Shown piece after piece: positions 12,803 through 24,305 of a stretch of 64,000 nucleotides of DNA. The position numbers and the translations under genes are program-made. This DNA comes from Octopus sinensis. Its lineage: Eukaryota. The notes under the pieces were generated by a model, which saw nothing but the letters and a program-made list of their open reading frames with translations, was not told where the DNA came from and did not search any database. Location of the stretch: assembly GCF_006345805.1 (NCBI RefSeq), contig NC_043005.1:87916001-87980000 (forward strand), in the 5' to 3' direction. Position 1 is the stretch's first letter; the number at the start of each line of letters is the position of its first letter.

Positions 12803-12950
12803 GTTACTCTTTTACTTGTTACAGTCATTTGACTGCGATGCAGGAGAACTGCTTTTAGTCGAGCAAATCAACCCCAATACTTTTTCTTTGTAAGCCTAGT
12901 ACTTATTCTATCGCTCTCTTTGACGAACCGCTAAGTTACGCCTATAAACA
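12803..12950 (-). mobile_element. SINE family C 3' fragment
   Basis: Reverse complement of the ...GAATAAGTACTAGGCTTACAAAG...CAGTCAAATGACTG tail seen at 34430-34645. Confidence 0.75.
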
Positions 12951-13234
12951 AATATGATTTCTGATGAACTTCTAGACAATTATGAACTTATTTTACTTGC
13001 CTATTTTGAACACTTATATAAACTGTTTAAAAGCAAAGCCTCTCTTAGCATATTTTTACCGTTGTCAAAGATTCTATTTCTTAATATTTTCTTATAATTG
13101 TCAAAGACTCTATCACTGCATTTCAATACATCTATGTTAACTAATTTTTAGCAACACAAAGGCTACACAAACCCTTACACTTTTAAAGTCAATAAGCAAC
13201 TTTAAAAGACCTGTGCGTTTTCAAATCCGCTCCC

Positions 13235-13284
<50 letters not shown>

Positions 13285-13295
13285 TATATATATAC

Positions 13296-13326
<31 letters not shown>

Positions 13327-13757
13327 TACATATATATAGCGTGATGCCTAAACCAATCAGCTCAACCAACCAATCAGCTTAAGTAATTGAGTGATACTAC
13401 ACACTGATTGGTCAGAATACAGTTTGCAAAACCTAGCACTCTGGAGCCTACCCAGCTGTATTTATAGCACAGAATCAATCATCCTGCTACAGTCAAAAAT
13501 TGTGAAGCATGACTGTCAACACTACTACATGAACCCGAAGATTGCAGAATTCAATGCATGAAAGTACTAGTTCAATCAGAATGAACATTTAACATTCTAC
13601 TATTTCATTTTATTTTATTCAATTATAATATATTATTTTATAATATATCATTATAAGATTGTAAATAAAACGTGAAAATCAGACAAGGTTGGAATTCCTT
13701 TTATTAATATATTCTTCTATACACAATCACACACACCCATATATATATATATATATC

Positions 13758-13838
<81 letters not shown>

Positions 13839-14608
13839 GTATACATATATATATAGATCACCAAATGATCTTAAACTAAGACCGATAATAGCAGGGCCAG
13901 CATGTGAAACTCACCGCCTCAGCAATTCTTAGACACACTTCTTAAACCTTTCCTAAAACACATCAAAAGCTACGTAAGAGACGATATAGATATGCTCAAC
14001 CACCTCCCTAAAACAGTCAATGAGAAAACCCTTCTAGTATCATTCGACGTAGTTAATCTTTATTCTAACATCCCTCACAACCTAGGAATAGAAGCGATCA
14101 CCTTCTGGCTGAATAACTACCCCTTTGAACTCCCAACTCGCATAAACAAAGACCTTATAATAGAAGGACTTAGATTCATTTTAGAGAACAATTATTTATT
14201 TTGACAATGATTTCTACAGGCAAAGATCGGGAACAGCGATGGGCACACGTACTGCACCATCTTTTGCCAACCTAGTGATGGGATACCTCGAGAAAATACT
14301 ATACGGATAACACTCGAGAAATATGGAAACACCTTCGCCACCTATATCCATAACAACTGGAAAAGATACCTCGATGACTGTTTCATCATCTGGGACAAAG
14401 GTATAGAGAAACTTGAGGAATTTAAAATACTATTAAATGGAATAAATGACAATATACAATTCACGATGGACCACAACGAAAAAGAATTACCATTTTTAGA
14501 CATCCTCATTAAGAAAACCGGCAACAAAATAGAGACAGATATCTACTATAAACGACAGACTCTAAACAGTACCTACCCTTTGATTCATTCCACCCACGAC
14601 ACACTAGA

Positions 14609-15439
14609 ATGAATGTCCCTTTTTGTTTAGCTAGAAGGATTTGCACCATAATATCAGACACAAACACCCGACACACACGTCTCCAGGAACTTAGAACCAC
14701 ACTCACAAATAGAAACTATCCACAGCCCCTAATAGACAGTGCAATCCAACGGGTACTTAAATTAAGTATAGAAGACCTGAGACAAACAAAACCAAAAAAG
14801 AAAGAACAATTAAAAACCCTTCCCTACATCTCTACACACAACCCACTCAACAATGAGGCCTTCAACACCATACTACAAAGCACAGCCCTACTAAAGGGAG
14901 ACCCAAAGATGAACCGGATCCTCGAAACACACACCATCATTAAAAGTAAACGGCAACCAAAATCCTTGAAAAGGATTTTAACCCAAGCTACACTGCACTC
15001 AACATCAACCACAAAACCAGCAGTTAGAAAATGTGGAAGGCCCAACTGCGGAATCTGTGTCATCTTGAAAGAAGGATCAGAATTTATACTGGAACAAGGC
15101 CACCAGTTCACCATTAGAACAAACTTCACCTGCGCATCAGAAAACTTAATTTACGTCATAACATGCGCAGGCTGCAATAGGCAGTATATAGGCCATACAA
15201 AAAATAGCTTACGTAACAGGATGGCGGTGCATAAATCACAAATTAGAAACCCTGATTACCGCAAAATACCGGTCAGCGGACACATAGATAGATGTGCTGG
15301 AAATGTAAATCCGAAATTTACAACTAACCCGCTCTATAAATTCAGTGACAACGCAACCTTCACACAACGCCAAAATAAAGAACTATATTTCATAAAAAAA
15401 TTTAGACCAAGTTTAAACACCCTGGGCCAGGAATACTAA
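14609..15439 (+). CDS. PLE RT C-terminus plus GIY-YIG endonuclease (open segment of the frameshifted PLE ORF)
   Basis: 276-aa ORF with CGRPNCGIC and TCASENLIYVITCAGCNRQYIGHTKNSLRNRMAVH. The ATG is internal, not a true start. Confidence 0.85.
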   Translation: MNVPFCLARRICTIISDTNTRHTRLQELRTTLTNRNYPQPLIDSAIQRVLKLSIEDLRQTKPKKKEQLKTLPYISTHNPLNNEAFNTILQSTALLKGDPKMNRILETHTIIKSKRQPKSLKRILTQATLHSTSTTKPAVRKCGRPNCGICVILKEGSEFILEQGHQFTIRTNFTCASENLIYVITCAGCNRQYIGHTKNSLRNRMAVHKSQIRNPDYRKIPVSGHIDRCAGNVNPKFTTNPLYKFSDNATFTQRQNKELYFIKKFRPSLNTLGQEY

Positions 15440-15607
15440 AACAAAAGATAAGTCCTCCGAAAAGGAGAAGCAAAATTCCACCACGGCCGCTACCTTAAAC
15501 AGACACTCGCTCTGACGGAAATATGCCTTAGTAAAAAAGGAAAAAAACTCTTTCGTGCAAATCTGACCCTGATACATACGATACAGCTAAGGGTCAGACC
15601 CGATTCT

Positions 15608-15978
15608 GATTGGTCAACAAGTTGATGACGTCTAGCTCTGCTAGAATGGACAGGATACAAACAGGGGACAGTCATTAGTCAGAATATTGATGACGTCCTT
15701 TTCTGCTTGACTAGTCACCTAACAAGTACAGACAGGGGCAGATCTAATGTAGCTATAAGTCGTGATTGGGCAGAATCTGGATGACGTCCCGTTCTGCTTG
15801 ACTAACGAAGCGACTGGTCAAAACAGGAAACAAACAAGAGGCAGTTATAATGCAACGATTGGTCAAAATGATGATGACGTCCCGTTCTGCTTGACTAAAG
15901 CCACCTAACGAAACGATTGGTCAAAACGTTGATGACGTCACGCTACGATGGATTGACCACCTAACAGGCATTATAAAA
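15608..15978 (+). promoter_or_regulatory. Array of CCAAT-box/CRE composite motifs followed by a TATA box
   Basis: Five units of GATTGGTCA-N6-TGATGACGTC at 15608, 15673, 15764, 15857 and 15915 (two are variant). Perfect TGACGTCA at 15933-15940. TATAAAA at 15972-15978. Confidence 0.6.
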
Positions 15979-16312
15979 CCGAGCACTTCACAAAACTCAC
16001 TAGAACCACCCAGCGAACACCCACCATGGGTCATCACATTTGCTTAAGGTAAAAATGAATTCCTCGCTCTTTCGGAAACATCAATCTTCTGTATTGACTG
16101 CTTTCCACCACTTTGATCTGTTTTTTGTATTGAATACGTATCGCCACCGTGGGCCACTGCGTCGAACACTTTGAACATATAACATGAATGAACTTACTTC
16201 AAACTATATATCAACTATACATGAACTCTAAGATGTCTGACTCCGTTGTGTATTATAAATGAATTTCTTGTGTTTGACGGCATGAGCTGTCTTTTTTTAT
16301 ATATAACTTTTT

Positions 16313-16349
16313 TTGATAAGGTTCATTTCAGGAACTGAAACATGTTATA
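16313..16349 (+). ncRNA. Degenerate HHR at the PLE 3' end
   Basis: UUGAUAA GGUUC-auuucag-GAACU GAAACAUGUU. The core has 2 mismatches and helix I is poor. Confidence 0.3.
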
Positions 16350-16469
16350 ATGTATATATAAAAATTAAAAATTGTATAATATAGCAGCATTTTCGAACTT
16401 CATTTTTTACAAATATATATATATTATATATATATACATATATATATATATAACAATACCACAGTAACG

Positions 16470-16720
16470 ACGAGACCATCACAGATTGTTATACACCACC
16501 AGTCACAATGTGCTTCCAATTCTGTCTTGATGGCACTATTCTTTTCCATCTTGACCCAAACTTTTCACTAAATCCTCTTCCCATCATTGTGGAGGTCTTC
16601 CAAGTAGCCTTTTCCAATTTCTTGGATACCACTCTGCAACTGCATGGCACCACCTGTTGTCTATGAACCTTGCGACATGTCCAGATCAGTGGAACATATG
16701 ATATTAGCATTCTGCGATAA
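16470..16720 (-). mobile_element. Possible non-LTR retrotransposon 3' fragment
   Basis: Short minus ORF (CRKVHRQ...RWKRIV..RQNWKHIVTGGV) resembles RTE-type C-termini. Weak evidence. Confidence 0.3.
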
Positions 16721-16903
16721 CTTCGTTCTCTTCGGTCCGTTCTTGAATTAACTCTCTCATTATATATTATGTTATATTATATCGAAATGTAATACAATGT
16801 ACGTATAATATTAATAAAACAGTTCTATATCTAAGAGATGAGGAATAATGTACATTATTTACATTTGACGTATATTTCTCCTCATCTTTCATTTTTTGTA
16901 ATT

Positions 16904-16949
16904 AACACAACGTTTCAGTTGATATACTTTCCAACCTTCTTCAGGTGTC
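16904..16949 (-). ncRNA. Minimal type I hammerhead ribozyme
   Basis: GACAC [CUGAAGA] A GGUUG-gaaaguauau-CAACU [GAAA] CGU-U GUGUU. Helix III is the palindrome AACGUU. Confidence 0.75.
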
Positions 16950-17204
16950 TTGGGGAACTTTCGAACCTGGGTTCTCATTGCTAAGATATTTTTCGAAGTT
17001 GTTAGTATTATTATTATTATTATTTTCATCATCATCATCATCATCATTATTATTATTATCATTATTATCATCATCATCATCATCATCATCATCATTATTC
17101 CACTGCCTGGAATCGAACTCTGGATCTTGGGGTTAGTAGACCGCGCTCTTAATCACTACCCCAAGATTCCGAGTTCGATTCCAAGCATTGGCCTGAATAA
17201 TAAT

Positions 17205-17275
<71 letters not shown>

Positions 17276-17333
17276 CAACCACAACATCGTAAAATACCTT
17301 AGGAATGAGAACCCAGGTTCAGAATTCCCCCAA

Positions 17334-17379
17334 AACACCTGATGAAGACTGGGGGGTTTATCAGCCGAAATGTTGTGTT
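17334..17379 (+). ncRNA. Minimal type I hammerhead ribozyme
   Basis: AACAC [CUGAUGA] A GACUG-ggggguuuau-CAGCC [GAAA] UGU-U GUGUU. One helix II mismatch, and a C-to-U change in helix III. Confidence 0.7.
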
Positions 17380-18591
17380 AGCAACAAACAAGATAAGGAC
17401 AAATATCCGCCAAATGTAAATAATGTAAATATTAATAATGTTTATGCAAATTTGGAACCGCTCTAGCTGAAATATTTTGTCTCAGAAAAACTTCCCAAAG
17501 GTGTGTTTCTTAGCGCACCTATATTTTAATCACATGCTCTTTCAATGGTTTATACCCATTCCTATAATATTAATATAAAATATTATATGATAATAATAAT
17601 AATAAGGAGGAAGAGGAGAAGGAGGAGGACACGTAGCGTACAATATTGTCAACAACATAACAGATGACAATATGCAGAGACATGTACACACAAAAAAATA
17701 TCGACAACAGCATTACATAATAATGATTTCTTTTATGATTATATAATAATAACAAAAATGCTAACATCAAATACATTGGAACGATATCAACTGCAAGACG
17801 ACAACAACAACAACAACAAAAATGTATTGACAACAATAACAAAAGCCTTAGAAACATTAACAGGAACAACGATATAACATCGCAAAAAAGTGTAAGGCGT
17901 TGACATCAAAAAACCAACATGAACAACATCGATAAATACACAGCGACAAATCAGAGCTACAACGACGAAAATAACGTAGGACAATCTGAGAAAGATAAAC
18001 TGTAACAAAAAGGAAAAATACTGAAGAAAAAGGAGCGAGAAAATCGAAAATGAATCTATATGAAAGATGAGAAAATAAGAAAAACAGGGAAGAAATCCTA
18101 TCTCGTTCGTTCCAAGAATTATATGCCTGATATTACATAATATAATTTTAGTTTTCTAAAGACGAAGCAAGGCAGAGCTATAGAAATCTTTAAAATAAAG
18201 AAATAAAATATATAATACGATATAAACAGAAGTCTTTAACATGAAACTAAATTCCTAGATGAAGGGAAAAATAGATCTTAAGCGATGTTGCTGAACAAGG
18301 CTAAACTGAAAAGAGCGATGCTATATATAATTCGTGTGAAGATTGACTGATAGAAAATGGCGTGTGTCCAAAATCAATGAGATGCTATTAGGGAAAAAGT
18401 GAGACATCTTTTCGTTCTTGAAATAGTTTGTTTCACACCTCCAGCTTGTGTATATGTAAGTGTACTAGCAATTTGTTACGTATGTGTATAGATTTGGATG
18501 TGAGTATTCAAGGGAAATGTTGTTTGTGTGTATGTATATACATACATATATATATATATAGATATATATATCTATATATATTATATATATA

Positions 18592-18649
<58 letters not shown>

Positions 18650-18744
18650 GCACACAACATTTCCCTTGGATCGGGAGTGAATGAGCAAGAGAAATGATGT
18701 GTGTGTATATATACATACACACAGACACACAGAGAAACATATAT

Positions 18745-18787
<43 letters not shown>

Positions 18788-18817
18788 TATATATTATATA
18801 TATATAATCATTATAAA

Positions 18818-19106
18818 TATAGGGTAAAAAATTATTAATTTATAATTAATAATTTTACCAAGTAGCTTTCGGTATGGAAAAGAACCATATTCGGTAAAAT
18901 ATGTAGCGAAAAGAAATAACGGTTTTTTAGCTGTTATTTCTAAATTGTCGGTATGTAGTGAAGCAACTCGTTGCTAAACCCTTAAATATTGTTATAATTA
19001 TATATAAAACTTCTTGTATAAGTTTTCACCGAATATGGTCCTTTTCCATACCGAAAATTACTTGGTAAAATGTATTAATTATAAATTAATAATTTTTAAC
19101 CCTATA
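18818..19106. mobile_element. MITE-like inverted-repeat element of the same family as 55560-57038
   Basis: Imperfect inverted ends of about 80 bp (TATAGGGTAAAAAATTATT... / ...AATTTTTAACCCTATA). The core CTATTTCTAAATT..GGTATGT..TCGTTGCTAAACCCTT recurs at about 19470, 34370 and 56880. Confidence 0.75.
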
Positions 19107-19897
19107 TCTATAATAATTATTTCACCCCCTGGTAACAAAAAGCTGCGGATCTCTTTCTGCAGTACTGTCCCGTGATGCACATGGTAAACTTGGAGGGAAA
19201 TATGAATTTCACTCGTCTATATAAGTTTGGCTATGCTAACAGCCTTGTGATATTGTTCTGATGGCGCTTGGTCAGAAATGCAAAGGGTAAGTTTTCTAGC
19301 ATTTTCAAATTTATAATTCTTGAAATATTATGTCGATAAAGGAAATGAATTTTTTATATTTCTAATCCAGAAACGTGTCCATAATTAATCGAAGACTGTT
19401 CGTTTCATTATTTTCGTTTCTTTTACCTGTTTGAGTTACAAATAACATTTTCTGTGGAGTCATATTCTGTAGCGAAAAGAAATAACGGTCTTCTGGCTGC
19501 TATTTCTAAATTTTTGGTATGTGGTGTTGCTAAACCCTTAATTATTGTTATAAATATATATTTATATATATACACACGTAACTCCTGTTTATTTGTGATT
19601 CATCAATTTGTATACAAACATATGTATATATACATAAATATAAATACACAAATATATATATGCATATATATATATATATGTATGCATGTATTTATGTATG
19701 TATGTATGTATGTATGTATGTATATGTATATACATATATATATGTACATATGTATATTTATATATATTCTTCATAAATGTGTGTGTATTATAATATAATT
19801 ATACATATATATACATATATATATATAAGAAAATGGAAAAATATACAACCCCTATCTCAATTTGCATTTACAACCCCTATCTCAATTTGTAACATAT

Positions 19898-19955
<58 letters not shown>

Positions 19956-19958
<3 letters not shown>

Positions 19959-20073
19959 TCCGGAAGGTGCTCGTAAAATAAGGGGTCTAACTTTAGTTCA
20001 CTGGTAGTGAACAGCTGACACCGTAGTACATCTCCAGCGTCAGGTGTTGTGCAAAAACAACAACAACAACAAA

Positions 20074-20159
<86 letters not shown>

Positions 20160-20160
20160 T
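19956..20160 (+). mobile_element. Dong element 3' end with (AAC)/(AAT)n tail
   Basis: ATACTCCGGAAGGTGCTCG...AGTTCACTGGTAGTGAACAGCTGACACCGTAGTACATCTCCAGC matches the reverse complement of 3341-3430. Confidence 0.85.
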
Positions 20161-21329
20161 CCTTTCTATTATTTGCACAAGGCCTGAAATTGTCACTTTG
20201 CTCTTCTTCCTAATGCTAGAAAATGTATTTCAAGTATCCTTATTAACAGCAATATTTCGGCAATGTTTGGCCCCTTACTACATACGTTTGGGAATTTTGT
20301 AAGAGTTATCTTCCATTTCGTCCTTATGTACACTCTGTGGCGTTGTGTTGTGAAAGTAGTAAACATCACACAATAGTAAGTAAAACAAAAAATATATATA
20401 TATATTAAGAAATATATAAATAAATATCTTTCTGAAATATAAAGATTGAATATTTGAAAAGAAAAAAAGAAAAATTTAATTAATTAATTTAGAAAAGTAT
20501 ATTTTGATCTCATAAATTATGCATGAAAATATATTTGTGTGAATGAATATTATCAAAGTTTATATTTTGTTTCACATTGTATTTTATTTATATTTAAATT
20601 TAGTTGCTTTTTTTTTGTTGCCAAATAATAATGAACAATATACATATGCATACATATATATATATATATGCATGTGTGTACGTGTGCGTGTGTGTTTTTG
20701 TGTAAACATATGTATATTGCATAATATATACATGTATTTTAAAACATAGAGCGGTATGTGTGTTTGTATGCATATTTAGGCGCTTGTAAGTGTGTCTTTG
20801 TTTTATGGTCTCCTATTCTTTGGAATTCTTTGAATTATTTCTATCCGAGAAACAAAAGTGTATCGCTTGAATTCAGATAAAATTAATAAAGCCTTTACTA
20901 GCTCCAGTTTCTGAAAAGTCTTATTTTCAATGGTCCACATTCAGATTAAGTTTTCTAAATACCAAAAACCATCGCTAATAAAAGAAATCATTATTCAAGC
21001 AATTATTTACGTTTTTACGTGTGTACGTAATCATACCTGTACGTAGTTATAATTATATTTGTCTTCTATTTTTATTCTGATAATTCTTCCTGTAGAAAAG
21101 GGATTTCTAACCAAGAAATAAATCCTTATCGCTGAAAATTTCATACCTTCAACAATAAGAGTGATGAATTTTAGAAAAAGCTTGTATATTCTTCTTATAG
21201 ATTGAATTTTCAAGTGTTTCTTTATGTTTTTTTTTCGCTAAAATCCACAGTTTGATGGATTAGCATTTCGACATATTGTCACATAACCAGGTACGCCATG
21301 TTTGTGCGTATACATTATTTAGAGGCAGA

Positions 21330-21535
21330 AAGCGGAGAGCTGGAAGAACCGTAGGTACGCCGGGACAAAATCTTAGCGGCATTTCGTCTGTCTTAACGTT
21401 TAAATTCTGCCGAGGTTAACTTTGCCTTCCATCGTATAGAGACCGGTGAAATAGTACCAGTTACGTACTGGGGTCAATATGATGGACTATTCCCCACCCG
21501 AAAGTTTCAGGCTCTGTGCTTTAGTAGAAAGGAAT
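21330..21535 (+). mobile_element. SINE family B copy
   Basis: GCGGAGAGCTGGAAGAACCGTAGG head and TTTGCCTTCCATC body. Confidence 0.7.
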
Positions 21536-21869
21536 ATTTAGAAGCCGTTATTCTAATTATGATGTGACTTGATCTAATATCGTGTTTTGAAGTTAAAACA
21601 ATTACAGAAACATGCTAACCGTTAAAAAGCAAACAAAACCTGTTAATTTCAGTCAATGATTTATTATTTAGTGTCAAAATTTTCGCGGCATCAACTGCAG
21701 ATAATTTTCTTCCACACTGTTGTTATTATAATTCATAGGTAAGCAAATGACCAAATCTTCCATATATCTGATTGTTCTAGCAGTCTCAAACAGACCAGTT
21801 GTGTTTCCCATCCCCTGACGGTTTCATGGATATTCTCAGCCAATATTTATGTTGAAGAACATAAGCCTA

Positions 21870-22110
21870 CCCCAGCAGAAATATTTTCAAGGAAGATCCA
21901 AACGCTAGAAATGCAAAGCTGTGACCTATGTGAAACAGGCAAAAGGAAAAGAGGATGAGATCCCTTCATAAATCATACCAGTTTAAACAAAAGAACTGAA
22001 ATTTTGAGAAGTGTTAACACTTTGAAAAGCACCACCTGCGCTAGTCAGAAACACTACTTTCAAACAACTAAAGTCATATGTACAGCAAGGCATCTGATAT
22101 TGCGCGCTTA
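21870..22110 (+). mobile_element. Possible decayed PLE endonuclease fragment
   Basis: SCDLCETG...TTCASQKHY resembles the C..C...TCASENLIY stretch of the PLE at 15030-15160. Confidence 0.3.
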
Positions 22111-22374
22111 AACATTCATTGGTCTCCAAACATTTCCCCTAGCATATATATATAGAATAGAATACAAAATGGGATAAGAACGCAAAACATCAGGACAACT
22201 AGGTGATACAAAAAGGGACAACAAAACATCCAGATAGGCGATATATATATGTGTGTGTGTGTGTGTGTGCGTGTGTGTGTGCGCGTGTGTGTCTTTCTGT
22301 CTTTCTGCCTGTCTCTGTATATGTATACATGTATATATATATGTATATATGTAATGTATATATATACATACATG

Positions 22375-22447
<73 letters not shown>

Positions 22448-22592
22448 CCTGTTCGCCTAGCCAGCGGGGTGGCGTCATTTGAAGGCTAAAACAATGCAAA
22501 GCGCATTGTGACCAGCGATGTGTAGCAACATCTGATAGCCTGGTCGGTCACGGTGATCACGGTGATATATGTATATATATATATTATATATA

Positions 22593-22634
<42 letters not shown>

Positions 22635-22689
22635 ATATAAGGCGTAGATAGAAACTCTATAAGATATACCCAGTGTAAGTTATAGACAC

Positions 22690-23283
22690 ATAAGAGGTGC
22701 AACAATATCAAAGGAAGGCTAACTGGGAAGATAGTTTTTGTATGTGGCACATGCTCAGGAGCAATAAACACTGAAAATATGCAGAGAACAACTTCCGCCA
22801 AATTCCAGGGAGAAAAACTAGTAGTAGTTGATAGCTTCCATTACCTAGGTGACCAGGTCAGTAACGGAAGAGGGTGCCCTGAAAGTGTACCTGCTAGAAT
22901 AAGAATAGCCTGGGCAAAGTTCAGAGAGATCTTACCTCTACTGGTGACAAAGGTCCTCATGCTTAGAGTAAAAGGTAGACTGTATGACGCATGTGTAAGA
23001 ACAACCATGCTACATGGCAGTGAAACATGGGCCGTGACTGCTGAGGACATGCGTAAACTCACAAGGAATGAATCCAGTATGCTCCGATGGATGTGTAATG
23101 TCAGTGTGCATACTCGACAGAGTGTAAGTGCCTTGAGAGAAAAGTTGGACCTAAGAAGCAATAGATGTGGTGTGCAAGACAGACGACTGCACTGATATGG
23201 TCATGTGGAGAGAATGGATGTGGATAACTGTGTGAAAAAGTGCCACACCCTAGCGATTGAGGGAACCTGTGGAAGAGGTAAAA
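22690..23283 (+). mobile_element. RTE-clade LINE fragment (RT C-terminal/thumb)
   Basis: VDSFHYLGDQ...RIRIAWAKFRE...KGRLYDACVRTTMLHGSETW...MLRWMC...RRLH*YGHVERMD...CGRG. Confidence 0.9.
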
Positions 23284-23631
23284 ACCACCATTCGAGGTTG
23301 ATCGTTACCTGCGTCGAATACTGGCACTTGTTCTGGTGGCACGTGAAAAAACGTTCGTGCGAGGTCATTGCCAGTGCCGCAGGACTGGCTCCTGTGCCGG
23401 TGGCACATAAAAAGCACCATTTGAGCGTGGCCGTTCCAGTACCGACTAACTGGCCCTCGAGCCGGTGGCACGTAAAAGCACCCATTACACTCTCGGAGTG
23501 GTTGGCGTTAGGAAGGGCATCCAGCTGTAGAAACTCTTCCAGATCAGATTGGATTCTGGTGCAGACATCTGGTTCTCCAGACCTCAGTCAAATCGTCCAA
23601 CCCATTCTAGCATGGAAAGTGGACGTCAAAC

Positions 23632-23674
<43 letters not shown>

Positions 23675-23680
23675 GTGATG
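23284..23680 (+). mobile_element. V-domain-like SINE 3' portion with internal repeats of about 65 bp and a (GAT)n tail
   Basis: GGTTGGCGTTAGGAAGGGCATCCAGCTGTAGAAA resembles the V-SINE domain. There are three GGTGGCAC(G/A)T(G/A)AAAA units and an RTE-like tail CCAACCCATTCTAGCATGGAAAG..GACG. Confidence 0.6.
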
Positions 23681-23796
23681 AGATATATATATATATAATC
23701 AACTAATAAGGGTGAGAGAATTGGATACTAATTTAATAATACATCCATTTAACACCAAGTGGCTTAGTGCATAAAAACCCGGAATTCAATAAATTT

Positions 23797-24189
23797 TATA
23801 TATAAACATAAGAGAGTAACCACTATGTGGTAGACTCTAGCACTAAAAATAGATCCGCTAGGTTTCAGCCACAAAGAATTGTTTCCGATGAAAGTTAGCA
23901 CGACTACTAGCGCAAAATGGTAAAATCTAGCGTGCGGTTGAGTAAATTGTATTCTGGACGGGTTCGGCTGAAGAGCTACAGATATGTTGTGTGAGTAAAA
24001 TTACATAATTCATTAATAGCGAAACAATTGTCCTGAACTAATCTGTATTTTTGTTATTTTTATTTGCCCTGTTCGTTTGCGCTATTAGTCGTGCTAACTT
24101 TCATCGGAAACAATTCTTTGTGGCTGAAACACCTAGCGGATCTATTTTTAGTGCTAGAGTCGACCACATAGTGGTTACTCTCTTATGTT

Positions 24190-24198
<9 letters not shown>
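23797..24198. mobile_element. Inverted-repeat element (about 120-bp arms) with a central HHR
   Basis: 23797-23917 is nearly the reverse complement of 24076-24198. Ends lie in TATATA, and the right end abuts (TG)n/(TA)n. Confidence 0.9.
23961..24039 (+). ncRNA. Canonical-core type I hammerhead ribozyme
   Basis: GGUUCGG [CUGAAGA] GCUA-(38 nt)-UAGC [GAAA] CAAUU GUC CUGAACU. Helix I is 7 bp, helix III is the palindrome ACAAUUGU, and the GUC site is at 24030-24032. Confidence 0.85.
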
Positions 24199-24234
<36 letters not shown>

Positions 24235-24247
24235 GTATATATATATA

Positions 24248-24305
<58 letters not shown>

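Larger units (their letters stand above)
13857..16415 (+). mobile_element. Penelope-like retroelement (RT plus GIY-YIG), 5'-truncated, with long 3' pseudo-LTR region
   Basis: RT motifs LRPIIAG, SFDVVNLYSNIP, GTAMG..APSFANL, YLDD (14367-14378) and LPFLD, then GIY-YIG IYVITC..C..QYIGHT. The frame breaks I traced (about 13928, 14200, 14306, 14552) are 1-nt indels. Flanked by (TA)n. Confidence 0.95.
16817..17430. mobile_element. Head-to-head pair of tRNA-headed, HHR-bearing elements forming a palindrome
   Basis: Outer arms 16849-17005 and 17280-17428 are diverged inverted copies, each followed inward by (ATT)n. The centre is a 29-bp inverted repeat (17104-17132 / 17159-17187) of a tRNA-like head. 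Confidence 0.85.

Noticed and set aside
9837-17187. tRNA genes at the tRNA-like heads (9837, 17101) and SINE heads
   Set aside because: They are truncated or lack an acceptor stem and are embedded in repeats.
19163-19286. Exon-like segment (CTCTTTCTGCAG| ... AAGG|GTAAGT) on the plus strand
   Set aside because: All three frames contain stops. It could be a non-coding exon, but this cannot be supported without RNA data.
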